A stretch of 61,713 bases of DNA, counting the filler, from Globobulimina sp. (taxonomy: Eukaryota): the NCBI GenBank assembly GCA_003354225.1. It is 13 parts of 13 records of this genome, joined end to end, with 100 filler letters (N's around TTAATTAATTAA, not from the genome) between each part and the next. Parts side by side here need not be neighbours in the genome. Positions count along the whole stretch, not along the records: positions 57,067 to 61,713 come from PIVH01001033.1; 12 more parts are not named here. One strand, written 5' to 3'. Of this stretch, positions 57,067 through 61,713 are shown piece by piece; the stretch's first letter is position 1; every line of letters begins with the position of its first letter. A model generated the notes under the pieces. The model was given only the letters and a program-made list of their open reading frames with translations, made no database searches and was not told where the DNA came from. The position numbers and the translations under genes are program-made.

Positions 57067-58773
57067 AATAATAATAATGCAACAAATATGCGAAATCAAA
57101 GGGGAATGATTTGCAATAAAAGTAAAAGTGATAACCCATTCGACGATGTTGTAATCCCTTTAAATGTACTACGAGATGTAAACACAACATTTGATACGTT
57201 TTTCAATGGCAAATCGTTACCTTTGTGTTGTTTATGTTGTATAATTGGTGGAACATATAAGTTATCCTCGGATAACAGATGGGTTCATATGGCGTGTTGT
57301 CTGTATCAACCAAATGTATATTTTACGCATTCGTTATATTCTGAGTTGCCCGTTTTGGCTGAAATTAGCATGGAATCTGCCGATGCTATGTGTAATTTAT
57401 GCAGATCGAGTAATGGCGCCTGTGTTAAATGTACGTATACGGCATCGGCATGCGGCGCAAATAAGCAATGTGACAAATGGTTTCATATTACATGTATACA
57501 ACAAAATAATTTGTATTTATGGTATGATCAATCCAATAATCAACAAGCACTCACTGCATATTGCAAGAATCATACGCAAATATTTAAAAATAATAACAAA
57601 CAGAAAGCAAAACCAAAACCAAAAAGAATATCTGGTAAAAAAAGAACTCGCTATGAAAGGGACAATGATAAACCACAAACTATAAAACCAAGAACCCAAA
57701 TAAATAGAAATCGAAACAGATCGCGTCCAAATAGGAAGGGCAAAAAAGCAATTATTTTGCCACAATTCTCACCTGAACCAAGTCCGAATGAGATTGAGTT
57801 TATTGATAATAAATTGAATAAATATATGGATAATTTATACAATTTATATAATAATAATGATAACAGTTTGCAATTGGATGAGATATCGTCAATATCATCT
57901 CAAGAATGTATAAATAGTGCGCCGATAAAGAAGAAAAGACGGAAATCAGCGGTTGATTTGTTATCACATTCATCATTTGCAATAAAACGCAATAAATGGA
58001 TATTTAATCGGATATTTCATTTATATCCAAATCATTTGGAATTTTATGAATCAAAAGATTTTGCTAATTCTGAGATTGATAATGCCAATCATTGGACATT
58101 GGAGAGTACGACGGATCCAACTCGCGTGATTGCAAAAGAATGCATGCGATCTGTAGAGACATTATGGACCCATCGACAAACCAATTTATTGGCAAAATCG
58201 CGCAATTCTAGAGATTATCGGAAAGCAATAGGATTTTCAATATTACGCAATGCGTCGGGTGATGTGATAACGTCATGTAATTGGTCGTTTTGGGAGGTGT
58301 CTGCCACAAAAAAAGCAGTATTGATAAAACTATTCATCACAGAGCCCTATTCATTGTCGCATATACCACAAAGAAGGAAGAAGAATGGCACTTTATTAGC
58401 GGCGCATGTGATGGATATATCATTTCGATTGCGAGAGGATGTCGATTATGTGGTAATATGTTCGGAGCGAGGTATTGCGGAAATATTTTGGCGGGCTTTG
58501 GGTTTTATTGACTTTAGCGTTCAGGAGAAAAGATCATTTTGTCGTGGCACAGAAAAGGATTTAAATCAATTTAGGGACACTATTTTATTAAGAATGCATC
58601 ACACTGATTATGTTCAAAAATATTGTAATAACACAGCGGATTGGGATGATGATAATTGTGCCGTACAAAAAGTATTTCGTGTCTGGAGAAAGAAACATTT
58701 GTTCCTCCGACGAAATTTAGTTTTTAAACACAAAGGCAAAATTATTCACACTCAAACAATATCATCCTATTAA
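57067..58773 (+). CDS. Extended PHD (Zn-knuckle-PHD) + GNAT acetyltransferase (probably 5' partial)
   Basis: C.LC...GG.YK...WVH..C; CNLC..GACVKC..C...FHITC..YCKNH. C-terminal QRRKKNGTLL..A..FWRALGF matches GNAT motifs A/B. Confidence 0.78.
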   Translation, partial: NNNNATNMRNQRGMICNKSKSDNPFDDVVIPLNVLRDVNTTFDTFFNGKSLPLCCLCCIIGGTYKLSSDNRWVHMACCLYQPNVYFTHSLYSELPVLAEISMESADAMCNLCRSSNGACVKCTYTASACGANKQCDKWFHITCIQQNNLYLWYDQSNNQQALTAYCKNHTQIFKNNNKQKAKPKPKRISGKKRTRYERDNDKPQTIKPRTQINRNRNRSRPNRKGKKAIILPQFSPEPSPNEIEFIDNKLNKYMDNLYNLYNNNDNSLQLDEISSISSQECINSAPIKKKRRKSAVDLLSHSSFAIKRNKWIFNRIFHLYPNHLEFYESKDFANSEIDNANHWTLESTTDPTRVIAKECMRSVETLWTHRQTNLLAKSRNSRDYRKAIGFSILRNASGDVITSCNWSFWEVSATKKAVLIKLFITEPYSLSHIPQRRKKNGTLLAAHVMDISFRLREDVDYVVICSERGIAEIFWRALGFIDFSVQEKRSFCRGTEKDLNQFRDTILLRMHHTDYVQKYCNNTADWDDDNCAVQKVFRVWRKKHLFLRRNLVFKHKGKIIHTQTISSY

Positions 58774-58796
58774 ATTGATCCTTGACTTGACAATAA

Positions 58797-61679
58797 TTAT
58801 TGTACAGTAGCAATCTGTGAATGTAATTGAACAATAGTTTCAATTCTAGTTCTTGATAATGCAGTATTTATTAAATCTTGATCAAATTTTATTTTATTTT
58901 TATTGAATAATAGAATAACCCCAGAACCGCCATATTTAAATTTTCCCATTAACTCTCCGCATTTTACGTATTGACAAACTTTACAATTTATTGAATATGA
59001 GCCAACTAAAAATGATGCAATAATTATCATACAACAAAAACCAAATGTTTCCTCGTTCTCAAACAAAACACAACATCTTTTATTTTCTGTTAGAACATTT
59101 ACATCGCGAGTTACTACAATTGGTGATATTGAATATAAGGCGCCATTTATTTGTGAGATTGAGACGCATCGACCGTTAAATGGATAGTGATAGCCGTGAT
59201 AATCAGATGGGGATAATCTTATGATAGAAATGCAAAATTTTAAACATATCAATTTTAATACTTTTTTATATTCAATTTTATTTTCAATTTTTAATATTTA
59301 TAATTTTGAAATGTTATATTGGTGGTCAATATAGTTTGATTTTGATAGTAATGTTTTATACATTTTATCTCCAATCAAATTACGTATATTAAATTTTGAT
59401 CCTTTGACCCAAAAACTTGTGCATTCACTAAAATTATTAAAACAAACTACTTTGCCACAACACGGTGATATTATACTATTCTTATTCTTACTATTATTAT
59501 TATATATTATTATATCTCGAGTGAAAAAGTCATTAAATGTTTTATATTTTCTCGTGGCTGATTTATATTTTTGCATATTAATATTATGTAATTTAATAAA
59601 TGGTGCAATTAATAATGAAGATGATTTTTCATCAAATTTACAGGATTTATTTGCAGCAAAGATGTTTAGATATTTTTCAATATTTTTTGAATCGATTCGT
59701 GTCATCCATGCATCGTACATACATTTTAAGGCAATTTTGATATATCCGGGGACATGCTCTCGCATTCTCAGTCCGCTCTTCCTATCCAGCACAAACAAAT
59801 CGTCCTTATCCAGCGAATATAAAGGGCCACGATCAAATCTTATCCACCAGCCACTATCTAATATATTATTCACCGATTTTATCGGATCCACCATTCTCGA
59901 TCGCGACCGCGACATTTTTCTATTATTAATATTGTTCTTAGTTGGTAATTTGATGAATTTTTTACTATTTTTAAAATTCAAATATGCAGTGATATAATGC
60001 GTTAAACTAACACTTGTTTCATACATATGTTTATTATTTAAAACTAAGTCAATAATTTCATCAATTCCAATTTCTGCTTCATTCTCTTTTATATCATTTA
60101 TATCGATATCGATATCATTTATGTCGTTAATCCATTCCTTATATTGTTTATCAGCTAAATGGATACCAATTTCTAACAACATCGAATATATCTCACTTGT
60201 TGTAAACGTATAATTATTTTTTTCATTCGAATTCACCTTTTTAAACCAATGTAATGTAAAAAATTTACGATAAAATTGTTGCAATATTTGTTGTTTTGGT
60301 GATATCTCAACGTCGATTACAACATAACCGATCGGATTTATTTCCTGTATATTATCGTTATTATGGTCAGTAAGTATTATTGGTTGAGCATAAATTGCAA
60401 TTTCAATGGTTTGCATTTTATTTCTTTTAATGTTTTTTAATTGTTGCCATGAAATGTGGCCGCGTCCAATTATATCATTACCAGTCTTAATGTCTTTATT
60501 GTATAAATTAAATATAATATTTGATTGTTTGTCGTCGCTCGATAATTGACAATATAAATAAAATGATTGCTTCCATTTGTTTTTGTCGTCTGCAAATTGG
60601 GTACAAAATATTTCGTCAAACTTCCATTGTATTTGTAATGATGGATTGATAAACTCATTCCCGACGTTACCTGAATAACATGAAATATATTTATCAATAT
60701 GGAGGCTAACAATATGTGAGTATTCATCTAAATCCTTATTCTGATGCTCGATTAGCGCCGCATCCAACGAAATGTATTCAAGTTTTAATTGTAGCATTGC
60801 CTGCATTGCCTGTGATTGTGATAGTGATTGTGTTTGAGAGTGTGCGTTATTAATAATAATGGGAAGCCATATCCATTTATGCCATGAATTAAATTTATCA
60901 ATATCGATAATAAGGGTACCAATTATTTCGTCATTTTGATAGATGTTTAATAAAATATTTTCAATCTCTGATTTTTCAGCCAATTCACAAATACATGCAT
61001 TAAATATTGGATGTATACAATTATATATAGGCGATGTTTTATATTTATTGCCAGATTTACATTGATTAAATTCAATGCTTATATAAACGTCAACGTTTTC
61101 ATTCTTTTTCTCAAATATTAGTGGTATATTTTTTGCTTGATATATATGTAATGTATATAGATTTTGTTCGTTTGAAATACCAAATATGTCCATAGCATCC
61201 TCATTTTTATTTGCATTCCGCAATGTTTTTGTTACTTTCTTGTTCTTTTTATTTTTATTTTTACTCTTAAACGTTTTCCACACTGATTTTTTATTATTCT
61301 TATTATTCTTATTATCGTTATTATCGTTATTATTGTTATTCAATTTAGATTTAAGCATTTCTATCCATTGTTGTCTTTCTCTGGAAGTTCTGGCTCGAAA
61401 TTTCCATGTCCTATTTTTACATAATATAATAAAGGGATATCCGTTATCATTATCATTGTCATTGTCATTGGACGGATTGGATGGATTTCTATCAATATCA
61501 ATGGATACAACATTGTCTGGTGATAAGTCAGCAAAACCTTTGCAAATTTCTAATGTGGAACTTGTATAATATCTTAATTCGTTATCACCACAAAACACAA
61601 AATATCGTAGTTTCCAATTCTTTACAATCTTCCCACACTTAAAAAGATATCCACTATAAATGGTATTATTTAGTTCCAT
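58797..61679 (-). CDS. Phosphatidylserine decarboxylase, PSD2-type, with PH and C2 domains; in-frame TAA at 59298-59300
   Basis: PH (GYLFKCG..NWKLRYF..W), two C2-like regions, TFNDFFTR, RLSPSDYH, VLTENKR, FKYGGS. The two ORFs are in the same frame, 15 codons apart. Confidence 0.88.
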
Positions 61680-61713
61680 TTTTTCATCTTCAATGCTTTG
61701 AGGATTGTGAATA

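Noticed and set aside
59298-59300. Stop-codon reassignment (TAA read as an amino acid)
   Set aside because: ARL8, arginine kinase, TAF4 and the KQEL protein end at TAA at their expected C-termini, and other conserved genes lack internal TAA/TAG.
1-61713. Gene cluster or operon-like system spanning the window
   Set aside because: Contigs are ordered by length, so adjacency across linkers carries no information.

Overview
This window is not one locus. It is 13 unrelated contigs of 4647-4662 bp, sorted by decreasing length and joined by artificial 100-nt linkers (44 N + TTAATTAATTAA + 44 N), so gene neighbourhoods are meaningful only within a contig. The DNA is AT-rich and eukaryotic, uses the standard genetic code, is gene-dense and carries short spliceosomal introns (mostly 50-110 nt). 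The repertoire includes TAF4, ARL8, a Ras GTPase, an arginine kinase, RGS and 7TM proteins, MATH-SAM, mucin-stalk surface proteins and a cyclic-nucleotide-gated/KCNH-type channel. It suggests a protist, plausibly a foraminiferan/rhizarian; that assignment is inference. Main points of interest: (1) contig 4 has identical 94-bp ends, so it is a circle or collapsed tandem unit, and it is a patchwork of gene fragments with a palindrome cluster; (2) three genes share an XK/Xkr-like membrane core joined to very different ectodomains, one of them built from symmetric phase-1 exons; (3) unusual fusions: MJ1316 RNA-end-recognition domain + PhyH dioxygenase, ePHD + GNAT, and PH-C2-C2-PSD with a single in-frame stop; (4) archaeal and bacterial fragments at contig ends, probably amplification chimeras; (5) relaxed AAG/GAG splice acceptors and two introns bounded by 8-9 bp direct repeats. 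All family calls come from motif recognition by eye; no database searches were run.
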